Below are positions 46,785 through 58,129 of a stretch of 64,000 nucleotides of DNA, piece after piece. Source of the DNA: an uncultured virus (IMG/VR IMGVR_UViG_3300008267_009160) (taxonomy: Duplodnaviria; Heunggongvirae; Uroviricota; Caudoviricetes); the IMG/VR virus record IMGVR_UViG_3300008267_009160, positions 1-64,000 of that record; one strand, written 5' to 3'. The notes beneath the pieces were generated by a model. The model ran no database searches. It was not told the DNA's origin and saw nothing but the letters and a program-made list of their open reading frames with translations. Within the stretch, counting starts at the first letter, position 1; every line of letters starts with the position of its first letter. The translations under genes and the position numbers were made by a program.

Positions 46785-46985
46785 TTACTCCTCGTTCAAG
46801 CGTTGCATTTTATCTTTAAATTCTTCTTCTGTTAAATCTCTATAAGTAGGTCCTAAACCGTAATCCATATCTACAAGCACCCAGTCATTCTGAATTAAAA
46901 ACCGGTCGTTGTGTTTTTCGTTCCATTCATATTCTACAAAAACTAAATACTCTTCGTAAGTCTTAAAAGGAAGTTGTTGTGTCAT
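46785..46985 (-). CDS. hypothetical protein
   Basis: 66-aa acidic ORF. Confidence 0.6.
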   Translation of the reverse strand: MTQQLPFKTYEEYLVFVEYEWNEKHNDRFLIQNDWVLVDMDYGLGPTYRDLTEEEFKDKMQRLNEE

Positions 46986-46986
46986 A

Positions 46987-47433
46987 TTAGAATAATTGTC
47001 TTATAAGATAATTACTATTTACCGGTAAAGCAAATAAATCTTTATTTTTACCACATAGTTTAAAGTTTCGACCTTTAACGTAGTTTCTCATTTCGTTAAG
47101 ATCGTAAATGTAGCAATGATTATTGTCTAGATCGTAGGTAAGTATGCTATCGGCCTTGGAGGTATAAAACCATCCGAGAGTACCGGTTGGGTGTTTAATT
47201 ACTTCTAAGAAAGTAAATCCGTTCCTAATGTTAGTTTTAATATCTGCACGATCCCATTCTTGGGTACGTTTATTAAAAACTTCTACGTCAAAACCTTTCT
47301 TTTGCTTAAACTTATACTCTTGGTAATCGGTATAGTCTTTTAGTTCTATACCTCTCTCTAAAAGCTGTTCAATAACATTAACTTCACCTGCTCTACCTTT
47401 TTTGTAAGCTTGGGTACTTTCAAACTTATTCAT
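46987..47433 (-). CDS. PD-(D/E)XK-like endonuclease
   Basis: Likely start MNKFES; GRAGE, GFDVEV, ADIKTN, FLEV, GWFYTSKAD. Confidence 0.65.
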   Translation of the reverse strand: MNKFESTQAYKKGRAGEVNVIEQLLERGIELKDYTDYQEYKFKQKKGFDVEVFNKRTQEWDRADIKTNIRNGFTFLEVIKHPTGTLGWFYTSKADSILTYDLDNNHCYIYDLNEMRNYVKGRNFKLCGKNKDLFALPVNSNYLIRQLF

Positions 47434-47446
47434 AACTGTTTTATTT

Positions 47447-47911
47447 TTAATTTTCGTAAGTAGCGCTATTTCTTTCGTTTTCTCTAAACTCAACCTTTAC
47501 TACCTTAACTCTACCTTCTGTTTCTTCTTGTACGAAAGCATTTACTTTTTCAAAAACAAATTTAGCAAATTGCTCTGCTCCTACAGCAGGAAGCTCTCTC
47601 AGCTGTATAACTCCTAAATGATCCATAGTTCTAAATCCGTTAATACCCGGGTCATCTTGTGCTACCAATGTTGTATGGTCAAACATATAATCCATCCAAA
47701 CTTTAGGATTTTTACCATCTATAGTTCCTTTAGCTCGCTTCATGCCTCCAAAATCCCAAACCCAATTACGCTCATCTAATTCACCTTCGAACCAAATCTT
47801 AAAAGATACTCCATATCCATGTAAATACTTACAGTGCGTTCCTTCTGCTTTCCACTGCCTGAATACACAGCTATATCCGTCGAATACTTTTGCTGATGAA
47901 AACTTTGCCAT
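47447..47911 (-). CDS. queD: 6-carboxy-tetrahydropterin synthase
   Basis: HCKYLHGY, WVWDFGG, FDHT, FRENERNSA. Confidence 0.9.
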   Translation of the reverse strand: MAKFSSAKVFDGYSCVFRQWKAEGTHCKYLHGYGVSFKIWFEGELDERNWVWDFGGMKRAKGTIDGKNPKVWMDYMFDHTTLVAQDDPGINGFRTMDHLGVIQLRELPAVGAEQFAKFVFEKVNAFVQEETEGRVKVVKVEFRENERNSATYEN

Positions 47912-47931
47912 ATATTTTACTTTATTTTAAT

Positions 47932-48468
47932 TTAAGACTTTAATGTCAAATCTTCAACTCCTCTCTCCTCCTCAAAACTAACAGGGTAGTTCTTTACTAA
48001 ATGTGAAGGAGGAGCTTGCCGGACAGGTGTGTATTGAGAAGATATCTGCTGATATAAATCTAAAAGCGTACCATCGAAGTCTTCCATGAGTTGCTCTAGT
48101 ACTTCTTTAGCTATTCTAGTCGACTTGGTTACTTGCTTTTTAAAGTCTTCAAGACGAGTAGCTTCATCTTTATGATAATCTTCCATAAGCCTTCTATACT
48201 TTTCCATGTAAAGGCTTTCTATCTCTCTTCGTTTTTCTAAATCCTGCACCCCTACCTGCCTATCTTCTAACTCATACAAAGCGTATTGAGCCATCCAATA
48301 ATATGGAGAGTGGTCAAAATCACCGTTTTTTATCTTATCAGGAATAGGAGCGTAAGGATGTAAGGTATCCTTAACTTTGCAGTTTCGCCACCATTGAAAA
48401 CGGTTATACTTTATCCGAACAAGTTCAGATAGTTTTTGCTCGATAAAAGGTCTTGGATGACGTATCAT
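47932..48468 (-). CDS. hypothetical protein
   Basis: 178-aa ORF with its own promoter motif. Confidence 0.7.
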   Translation of the reverse strand: MIRHPRPFIEQKLSELVRIKYNRFQWWRNCKVKDTLHPYAPIPDKIKNGDFDHSPYYWMAQYALYELEDRQVGVQDLEKRREIESLYMEKYRRLMEDYHKDEATRLEDFKKQVTKSTRIAKEVLEQLMEDFDGTLLDLYQQISSQYTPVRQAPPSHLVKNYPVSFEEERGVEDLTLKS

Positions 48469-48484
48469 ACCTAAATATAACTAC

Positions 48485-50513
<2,029 letters not shown>

Positions 50514-50625
50514 TTTTAGCGATATTTTTTAAATTTTAGGAATAGAATAACCTTCTACAAATATATGTAGATTAAACCATAAAACCAATTTTTATTGAAA
50601 AAGTTATAAAGTTTTTCTACACTAC

Positions 50626-50937
50626 TTACGCAGACGGTGTAGGCGTCGGACTTGGCGTGGCAGCCGGGGTGGCGCTGATGCTTGGGGTTGGAGGAGGGAC
50701 GTCAGCGGCGATTCTTCCGCCATTACCTCCGGGAGATCCTCCTACTATTGTATCTTGAGAGGATTGTACAGATTGTACGTATGTATTTGCTCTCTTCTGT
50801 AGATCAGAAGACGGAGCAGCGGCCTGTTTAACTTGCTTTTCAAATTGCTGTTTTAGCAAATTATTTGCTGATAGTTGATTTATTTTGTCTAGTTGTGTTT
50901 TAGACTCTTTTTCGTACTTGTCCTGTAAACTGGCCAT
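50626..50937 (-). CDS. hypothetical protein with Pro/Thr-rich tail
   Basis: 103-aa ORF. Confidence 0.6.
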   Translation of the reverse strand: MASLQDKYEKESKTQLDKINQLSANNLLKQQFEKQVKQAAAPSSDLQKRANTYVQSVQSSQDTIVGGSPGGNGGRIAADVPPPTPSISATPAATPSPTPTPSA

Positions 50938-50973
50938 TATTTGTAGTTTAGATCTATTATAAATATCTAAGCG

Positions 50974-52362
50974 TTACTGAGATGGTCCTTGTAACTCAAA
51001 AAATTTCTTACTTAGAAAATCTCTCTCATCTTTGTTAAAGAGCATCGGATTACCGGATCCTGATTGAGTACTGCCAGATGGGAAGATAACATCGTCTCCT
51101 AACTCCTTATCTTGTATATCTATCGCTCCGGTAGAGGTATCCACTACTGCAGGATAGGTCATTCCATCCATACCGTATCTATTTTTCATAATATGAAAGC
51201 GACCTGTACCTCCAACTTTGTCTTGACGCTTTCTAGAAAGAGACATTGCAAAGTCAGCAATCATAATCTTATCGTATGAACCTGCTGCTTTATCTCCCTC
51301 GATAATTTCGTCTTTTGCACCTGCGCGATTAACTTGAGATACGGTCCAGATCGGTATTTTTAGTTCTCTAGCAAGTCCTTTTGAAGCGGTATATACGTCG
51401 TCAATCTCGTCTTTTCTCTCTGAGATTTTTCTAGGTGATCTTAGAAGATCAACATAGTCGATAATTACTAAGTCAGGCTTATACCCTAGATCGGTACATT
51501 TACGTATGTGCGATTCTATAGTGTTTATCGTAGCTTTACCCATAGGGTATTCTTTAATAATTAACTTCCCTGGTAAGGACTGTATAGTCTGTGCTACTTG
51601 TTCTCTATGTAAGTCTATTTGATCGACGGGTATCTTAGTGAAGAAAGCATCGTAACGTTTACCGACATATGATTGTGAAAGCTCTAGGGTGTAGTGTACT
51701 ACTACTAATCCCATTTGTACAGCAGATGCTCCCATATGTACAAGCGACCAGCTCTTACCTCCTCCTGGATTACCGAATATCAATCCGAAATCGCCAGAAC
51801 CTAGTCCTCCAGCTAGTAGTCTATCTACAACAGGCCATCCTGTAGCTACCGGACTTCTTTCTTCACCTCTATACCTTGTTTCGATATCTTTAAGGTACTC
51901 ATGTCCTATATTCTTATCCTGACCTGCTTTTAGAGCTGAGTCGACAAGTACTCGAATTTCATCGTAATTGCCTATATTTAAAAGGTCGACTGAAGAGAGG
52001 AGTGCTTTCTTTAGCTGTTGATTCTTACAGAAGTTCGAGAATTCTTGTTCTACATACTCTTGATCATCGTAGGTAGCTTTATAAGCTTCCTTCAATTGCT
52101 CGACGACAGTGGTCTTAAGTACTTCGTTATCTATCTTCTTAACTTCAATCTTAAGGGAATCTAGCGTAGGAGTTGTATTGTACTTATAGTAGTATCTTAA
52201 TAACTCTTTGACTACCCACTTGTGACTTGGATTATCGAAGTAGTCTTCGTCTAAGACATCGTGAATATTTTGTAGAAATTCTTTATGTTTCAGCAGTGAG
52301 GCTATAACCTTTATTTGAAACGAATTTCCATAACTTGATAACTGGTGGAGTGCTGTTGGCAT
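50974..52362 (-). CDS. replicative DnaB-like helicase
   Basis: GNPGGGKS, HYTLEL, IIDYVDLL, SQVNR, KNRYG. Confidence 0.92.
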   Translation of the reverse strand: MPTALHQLSSYGNSFQIKVIASLLKHKEFLQNIHDVLDEDYFDNPSHKWVVKELLRYYYKYNTTPTLDSLKIEVKKIDNEVLKTTVVEQLKEAYKATYDDQEYVEQEFSNFCKNQQLKKALLSSVDLLNIGNYDEIRVLVDSALKAGQDKNIGHEYLKDIETRYRGEERSPVATGWPVVDRLLAGGLGSGDFGLIFGNPGGGKSWSLVHMGASAVQMGLVVVHYTLELSQSYVGKRYDAFFTKIPVDQIDLHREQVAQTIQSLPGKLIIKEYPMGKATINTIESHIRKCTDLGYKPDLVIIDYVDLLRSPRKISERKDEIDDVYTASKGLARELKIPIWTVSQVNRAGAKDEIIEGDKAAGSYDKIMIADFAMSLSRKRQDKVGGTGRFHIMKNRYGMDGMTYPAVVDTSTGAIDIQDKELGDDVIFPSGSTQSGSGNPMLFNKDERDFLSKKFFELQGPSQ

Positions 52363-52375
52363 ATTTTATTTTAGA

Positions 52376-52570
52376 TTATTCAAAAAGAACAAAAGTGAGG
52401 CCGAGAGGTAGAATGGACTTAAATTTGTCATCTGAATGGATCTCTATAATCTGTTCAGGGTAGAAGAATTTAACTTCTGCGTTTCTGTAGAGAGTAGCTT
52501 TACTGTCAGGGTCATTGTAGTTAGTAATAGAAACTCTTTTCTGATCTACGTTGTAAACTAATTTAAACAT
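52376..52570 (-). CDS. hypothetical protein
   Basis: 64-aa ORF. Confidence 0.55.
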   Translation of the reverse strand: MFKLVYNVDQKRVSITNYNDPDSKATLYRNAEVKFFYPEQIIEIHSDDKFKSILPLGLTFVLFE

Positions 52571-52616
52571 ATAGCTTTTATTTTTTCTGTAATTTAAAAT
52601 AACTAATTCTATTCAA

Positions 52617-53699
52617 TTATCCAACTTTCTTCTTGTAGGCTTTTAGGTAAGTGAAGGTATCATGTAACCACATTTGGGGATTAGCAATACTCCCTCCTAG
52701 CATATCTTCATTGTACATCCTCAAGAAAGCGGCGTTGTTCATATCCTGTTGAGGGTCGTCTAGAACACTTCTTATAAGTTCTTTATTTTCTTCTGAAATT
52801 AAAGGTTCGTGTAGGTTCATTAGAGTCTCGTTTATCTCTAACTGCTTCCTGTATTGAAGTATGCTACCGTAGAGTTTATTTTGCTCTAATCGCTCTTCTG
52901 ATGCTTCTAGTATGTGAGGTAGTGTGTACCTTGTTGACTGTTTAAACTCTGGAAAAAGTTTAAGTATCTTTTTTGCTTGAAGGCCTCTAATACCGGGTAC
53001 ATTATCTGATTGATCTCCTGCAAGTATTTTATAGTTTAAGTAATTTTGAGGAGTAATACCTAATTCATCTACCACTGCTTTAGGAGAGTAGAATTTCTTC
53101 TTTATAGGACTGTACAGCGTTACTCTGTCGTTGACAAGCTGTAAGTAGTCTTTATCGGAAGATACGATGTATACTTCTTCTTCTAACTGTTTAGATAAAT
53201 ACCCGATTACATCGTCTGCTTCTACCTTATCTACTATAAGTAAATCAACAGGGAGTTGTCTTAGGTAGTCTATCAGCCTTACAATCTGGTTTGTTATAGC
53301 TTCTGATTCTTCTTCCTTCGTATCAAACCCGTCCCAGTTGGTAACTCTGGTTAACTTTCTATTAGCTTTGTATTCAGGGTAGAGGTTTCGTTTTGCTGTA
53401 GATCCTCCTAGTCCATCGAATACTAAAATAACTCGAGTTGGTTTTATAGTTCGGATAACAAATCCTATAGACTTTAAGTACCCGGTTAGACCTCCTATAT
53501 GGTGACCGTGAGCATTCAAATGCTTCACCATTACAAAGGATCTTAAAAAGGTGTTCATGCTATCGATTAAGAGAACCCTGCTATGTAAATGCAGGGTCTC
53601 TTGTTTCGATTCTTTTAGGCTATTAAATATAGCTTGGTATTCTTTATTCACTGTCGGATGCTTCAAATATGTCTTTAATATCTTCTTCTGTCTCTTCAA
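52617..53699 (-). CDS. 5'-3' exonuclease / flap endonuclease (T4 RNase H-like)
   Basis: LIDSMN, VFDG, YKANR, EADDVI, SSDKD, GDQSDNVPG. Confidence 0.93.
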   Translation of the reverse strand: MKRQKKILKTYLKHPTVNKEYQAIFNSLKESKQETLHLHSRVLLIDSMNTFLRSFVMVKHLNAHGHHIGGLTGYLKSIGFVIRTIKPTRVILVFDGLGGSTAKRNLYPEYKANRKLTRVTNWDGFDTKEEESEAITNQIVRLIDYLRQLPVDLLIVDKVEADDVIGYLSKQLEEEVYIVSSDKDYLQLVNDRVTLYSPIKKKFYSPKAVVDELGITPQNYLNYKILAGDQSDNVPGIRGLQAKKILKLFPEFKQSTRYTLPHILEASEERLEQNKLYGSILQYRKQLEINETLMNLHEPLISEENKELIRSVLDDPQQDMNNAAFLRMYNEDMLGGSIANPQMWLHDTFTYLKAYKKKVG

Positions 53700-54720
53700 C
53701 TACGTCAAAATCTTTACTGCCTAGTATCTGCAGCCATTCCTTTGAGTGTTCTTTTTTATAATTATCAATCGCTTTCTTATCATCAGGAATAAACCCGTGT
53801 ACAGTCATGATAATTCTACCTTCAGTTGTTACACCGGTAATATGGTTCTTATCACAGCTAACTTTTGTTCTCTTAGCAAACTCAACGTTCTTACCGTTTT
53901 TAGTTGCTTTGATCTTATTAGTACCACTGTTAGATACATTACCGAATGTAATAATAAGTGAAGCGTCGAAGAACATGGTATCACCTCCTTTATTCTTCAT
54001 CTTAGGTTGCTCCATCGGACTTCCGGGTTTTGCAACCCAGATCTTATTTACAGCAAGTAAGGTGTTAGTAAAAGGTTGAGATTCTTTTCTGGATAGTACA
54101 ATCTTCTGATTGATAAAGTTCCCGAATTGTTGAGACATTGCTCCGGCGTTCCATTCGTTATTGTTCTTGTTGGATTCAACCGAAAGTCGGGATGGTATAC
54201 TTCCTACAGAGTCCCATAAGAATAACAGGTCGTAAGGTAGGTTACCTTTCTTCTGCTCATCTAAAAGATCTGCGATAAAAGCTGCTACATCCTCGATAGT
54301 ATTTAAGGATGATCTATCCACATAGATAAAGAATCCTTTATAGTCTACAACTTCGCCAGTATCGGGGTCTGCAATTTCATCTACTTGAAAGCCCATCTGT
54401 TTAGCATGTTCCCAAGACCATTTCATCTCGGTTATAATGAATACAGGTAAGATACCTTTCTTCTGTGCAGACACTGCTGCTTCTAGAAGGGCGGTTGTCT
54501 TACCTGTATCAGAATGTCCTCTAAGTAGTGTAATATGGCCCATCGGTATTCCTGGGATAGATAGAACGTCTTGGTAAGATTGGGATAGTTCAATCCACTT
54601 ATCTTCTTTAAACTTTACATTCCCTACTAGGAATTTATTTTTCTTGAAACCTTCTAAATCAAATCCGCCTTTGATAGCTTTTGAAATAGTCGTATTTAAC
54701 GATTCTTTAGCTTTTGCCAT
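53644..54720 (-). CDS. RecA/UvsX-like recombinase
   Basis: GHSDTGKT, LWDSVGS, KGGDTMFF, KNH. Confidence 0.88.
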   Translation of the reverse strand: MAKAKESLNTTISKAIKGGFDLEGFKKNKFLVGNVKFKEDKWIELSQSYQDVLSIPGIPMGHITLLRGHSDTGKTTALLEAAVSAQKKGILPVFIITEMKWSWEHAKQMGFQVDEIADPDTGEVVDYKGFFIYVDRSSLNTIEDVAAFIADLLDEQKKGNLPYDLLFLWDSVGSIPSRLSVESNKNNNEWNAGAMSQQFGNFINQKIVLSRKESQPFTNTLLAVNKIWVAKPGSPMEQPKMKNKGGDTMFFDASLIITFGNVSNSGTNKIKATKNGKNVEFAKRTKVSCDKNHITGVTTEGRIIMTVHGFIPDDKKAIDNYKKEHSKEWLQILGSKDFDVVEETEEDIKDIFEASDSE

Positions 54721-54732
54721 ATTTTGTTTTTA

Positions 54733-55581
54733 TTAGAACGGAAGGTCATTACCGGGAGTATCTTCTTTAAAAAGATCATCGAACTCTTTATCGATATCCG
54801 GCTTTTGTTTTACGTTTAGAGAATACTTACTGTTCTTAGGAGCAGCAGGCTGTGCTGTTGCTGGAGCTGGTGTTTCAGTCTCTTCCTCTTCTTCTGTAGC
54901 TTCAGTACTACCGGGGTTCAACCATTCGTAAAGACCTTGCTTAAGTTCTTCGTATGTCGGCTTTCTGTACAGCTCAATCGGATCTGGTTGTGTTTCAAGC
55001 CAGACTTTAAGCTGTTTAGCATCTTCAGAAGCAGGAGTTTGTTTAGTCTTAACACGAACTGAAGTCTTGTTAAACTGACGTCCGCTCTGATCAGGACCTA
55101 CTGTCTCTACGATAAGATCGCGACCTTGGTAAGTATCGGTGTAATCTCCTACATCTTCGTCTTCTGCTACAGCAAGAAGCTCCATATAAACCTCTTTACC
55201 GAATTCCCAAAGACGTACGCCCTTGTCTTCTTCGCCTCTAACGATAACTGGTGCAAATACTCTCATCTTCGGTTCTAGCTTTTTAGCTAGTTTAAAATTC
55301 TCAACCGTGTAAGTTTGCTTTTTCAAGCTTTCTGAAAACTCTACGATTGGGTCTTTCTCTCCGAAGTTAACAAGAGAGATCATAGTACGGTTGTTAATAC
55401 CGTAGTGGAAAAAGACTTCCTTAAAAGGATTTTCTTTATTCCATTTGGCAGGAAGCATCCTTACCTGGAATTTGCCAATTGGCGCTTTCCAAATTGACTC
55501 AGCGATCTTGCTTTTGCCACCGCCACCGCGGGTTTGCAAGCTGGCCAATTTTTGCTTAATTAAACTTACGTTCATAGCCAT
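54733..55581 (-). CDS. single-stranded DNA-binding protein (gp32-like)
   Basis: VRMLP...NPFKEVFFHY, LWEFGKEVY, acidic tail ending DLPF. Confidence 0.82.
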   Translation of the reverse strand: MAMNVSLIKQKLASLQTRGGGGKSKIAESIWKAPIGKFQVRMLPAKWNKENPFKEVFFHYGINNRTMISLVNFGEKDPIVEFSESLKKQTYTVENFKLAKKLEPKMRVFAPVIVRGEEDKGVRLWEFGKEVYMELLAVAEDEDVGDYTDTYQGRDLIVETVGPDQSGRQFNKTSVRVKTKQTPASEDAKQLKVWLETQPDPIELYRKPTYEELKQGLYEWLNPGSTEATEEEEETETPAPATAQPAAPKNSKYSLNVKQKPDIDKEFDDLFKEDTPGNDLPF

Positions 55582-55659
55582 TTTGATGTATTTTAAAATT
55601 AAAAGTGAACATATATCTTAAACTAAGATAATGAAAAAAATGATAACAGCCAACTTTTT

Positions 55660-56082
55660 TTAGAGGCTAATTATCTTATGTATCTTAGTGCTTAGGAGGC
55701 GGATATCATCTCCCTGTGTTAGTAGTACTGTATTTTTATAATCCGCCCATGAAATTCTATAGCTTGTATCTAGAATCCCTTCGTTTAACTGCCTTATTAG
55801 AATGTTTAAGGCATTAATAGTATACAGTGTGTTTGATTCTTTCTTTCTGTGAAGAAGGATCGTATTGTTGAGAATATAAGGAGTTGTATTTTCTGTATCA
55901 ATATTATATGTGCAGAGCAAATCCGTACAATCCTTAGACTCTAATACAAATATTTTATTGTACAGAATCTTATAGTGGGATTTAATCTGATCGAGAGTAG
56001 TGTCTAAACTCTCCTTTGATGTGAATGTACAAAACAGTCTATTCATATAATCAATACCGCTGTAGTCGAAATTATCTATCAT
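55660..56082 (-). CDS. conserved phage hypothetical protein
   Basis: LHRKKESNTLYTINALN motif. Confidence 0.7.
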   Translation of the reverse strand: MIDNFDYSGIDYMNRLFCTFTSKESLDTTLDQIKSHYKILYNKIFVLESKDCTDLLCTYNIDTENTTPYILNNTILLHRKKESNTLYTINALNILIRQLNEGILDTSYRISWADYKNTVLLTQGDDIRLLSTKIHKIISL

Positions 56083-57410
56083 AAATAGTTGGTTTTCATT
56101 AAAGAATCGTAATCCTTACCGTACTTTGCTTTTACCGGATATTTACTTTCTCGCAAGAGGCTAACAATCTCTAGCAGGAGTTCTTTTCCGTCCTCTACGT
56201 TAAAATCTAATAAGAAAGAGTCGTATACTACTAGGCTTATAAAACTCTTCTTCCCTTCTAATATAGCTTGAAGTTTTGTCAGTAATTCTACGTTTGTTTT
56301 AGTTTCTAAATTTTGTATAAAGTAATTAAATAGTTTGAGTAAGTATATGTCTTCGGATACTTGTAAGGTTCGTCCAGTCGGTAATTGAACTCCTTTCCCG
56401 TACTGGTATGTATTCCAAAGATCATCAAGGTAGGTGCTTAGAGCTTTGTAGAAAGGAATCTCTCTATACTCTTCTTTAATGCCTCCGTATATGTTTTGGA
56501 AGGTTATTTGCTTAGCTTCCTTATATTCTTCTTCTGTGATAGTATCTCTGTTAAAGTACTGTTTTGCAAAATATGTATGAATCGATTGATCTTCTGGTAA
56601 TTCGAAGTTAATCAAATTAGCAATAAGTCTTACGTGGTATGCATCAAAATCAAACTCGACAAAGTAATGGTTCTGAGGTATGAAGCATTTTCTAGAGTGG
56701 TTTTCTTTATTTAGGGCTAGAAAGTTAATACCGTTGAATGCATTTGTAGGTCTCGCAGTTACATTGTACAGGTTATAGTTTGTATATATTATCTGATCTT
56801 CGTAAGAATCTGTTATACTGTGCGGAGTAAAAAATTCTCCAAAGCATTGAGTATCTATTTTAAGTCCTGCTTCTTCTACCTTTTTATAAACTTTTTCGTA
56901 TTGAGAATAAAATTCTAGATCTAAACGAAAAGTCTTAATACAGGTCTCAACTTTAATATAAAGCTCTTCCCAGTATTCGTAGAGTTTCGATATCGGTATA
57001 ACTCTGTTTATATCTTTGTAAACACCGGTGTATCGTTGATAGTAGATGTTTATAAGGGGTGAATCTCCCCTATTCTCCATAGGTTTCTCCCCTCTTTCTA
57101 AAAAACAATAATTGAGGTCTATTAAAGAAAGATCTAAGTAATATGAATGGTATTTACTGTTTAAACAGTATATCTTACTAGCTTTCGATAGTACCTTAAC
57201 TACTTCGAGTATATTAAGTGAAAAGCCTTCCGAATGATCTAGAACTACAATATATCCTTTGTTTTCCGATACGGGACGTATGTAAAGTAGAGAAGGTTTT
57301 GCTAGACGGGGATGCTGATTATCGTTATTAGAGATTAGATTTATGAAGCATGAATCTAGCTTCTCTCCTAACTTTTCTAACTGTTCTTGAGTTTCTACTA
57401 TGTAGTGCAT
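56079..57410 (-). CDS. second, compact family-A DNA polymerase-like protein
   Basis: TARPTN, EFDFDAYHVRL (motif A), EAKQITFQNIYG (B), VVYDSFLLD (C); degenerate exonuclease region. Confidence 0.78.
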   Translation of the reverse strand: MHYIVETQEQLEKLGEKLDSCFINLISNNDNQHPRLAKPSLLYIRPVSENKGYIVVLDHSEGFSLNILEVVKVLSKASKIYCLNSKYHSYYLDLSLIDLNYCFLERGEKPMENRGDSPLINIYYQRYTGVYKDINRVIPISKLYEYWEELYIKVETCIKTFRLDLEFYSQYEKVYKKVEEAGLKIDTQCFGEFFTPHSITDSYEDQIIYTNYNLYNVTARPTNAFNGINFLALNKENHSRKCFIPQNHYFVEFDFDAYHVRLIANLINFELPEDQSIHTYFAKQYFNRDTITEEEYKEAKQITFQNIYGGIKEEYREIPFYKALSTYLDDLWNTYQYGKGVQLPTGRTLQVSEDIYLLKLFNYFIQNLETKTNVELLTKLQAILEGKKSFISLVVYDSFLLDFNVEDGKELLLEIVSLLRESKYPVKAKYGKDYDSLMKTNYL

Positions 57411-57453
57411 TAACCTTTATTTACAATAAAAATATAGAAGTTATTTCTACTTA

Positions 57454-58116
57454 TCAACTTTTACTTGGTACCGCAAACTTGCTATACTCTTCACCGATAT
57501 AAGTCTTTAATCCAGGAAAAGTTTTATCTTTAGTCTCCACAAGTCTTTTATTCGTATCTACGATACCAGCAACAGGGTATTGCTTATTTACTCTATCGTC
57601 CTTTAGAGGTCCTGTTAGCTTCCAAAATAAGTCTATAACTTGATAAAGATAATCTTGTAGTCTAGACTTTCTATTCCTCATAGTATCATAATTCTCTTTT
57701 GAAATCTCTATAATGTTAGAAGATTCATTTACTTTTTTTGCAAAGTACCTTAAAAAATAACCTCGTTCATAATCCTCCTGGGTGGGTTGTGGGTAGTAGG
57801 GAGTCAACTCTCTTAAGACAACTCCATAAGCGTCTGTATCAGGCTCTCCTTGTGCGAGAGAAACATTTTTAATTTGTTCGTAGCTCAATACAGCGTCTAG
57901 GTCAAACTTACCAGTGCTAACTGATAAATTAGAGGCGGTTTCTATCGGTGTAAGTTTTACATTAGCGTTACTATCAAAAGGATCTGATCCTGTAAAAAAT
58001 TTTCCATCAAAAGTCTTATAATAAGAACCTCTGTATTCTTCTCCTTTTATTGTAAATTCACCTCCGGTTGTTACCTGGTTTGTTATTATTCTGTTTTTAG
58101 GATAATATCTAATCAT
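57454..58116 (-). CDS. hypothetical virion-module protein
   Basis: 220-aa ORF downstream of tail genes. Confidence 0.65.
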   Translation of the reverse strand: MIRYYPKNRIITNQVTTGGEFTIKGEEYRGSYYKTFDGKFFTGSDPFDSNANVKLTPIETASNLSVSTGKFDLDAVLSYEQIKNVSLAQGEPDTDAYGVVLRELTPYYPQPTQEDYERGYFLRYFAKKVNESSNIIEISKENYDTMRNRKSRLQDYLYQVIDLFWKLTGPLKDDRVNKQYPVAGIVDTNKRLVETKDKTFPGLKTYIGEEYSKFAVPSKS

Positions 58117-58129
58117 ACTACATTTAGTT

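Noticed and set aside
46741..46800. preQ1 riboswitch upstream of queC
   Set aside because: A hairpin GAGGAGTA/TACTTCCTC exists, but the preQ1-I loop and A-rich tail consensus are not evident.
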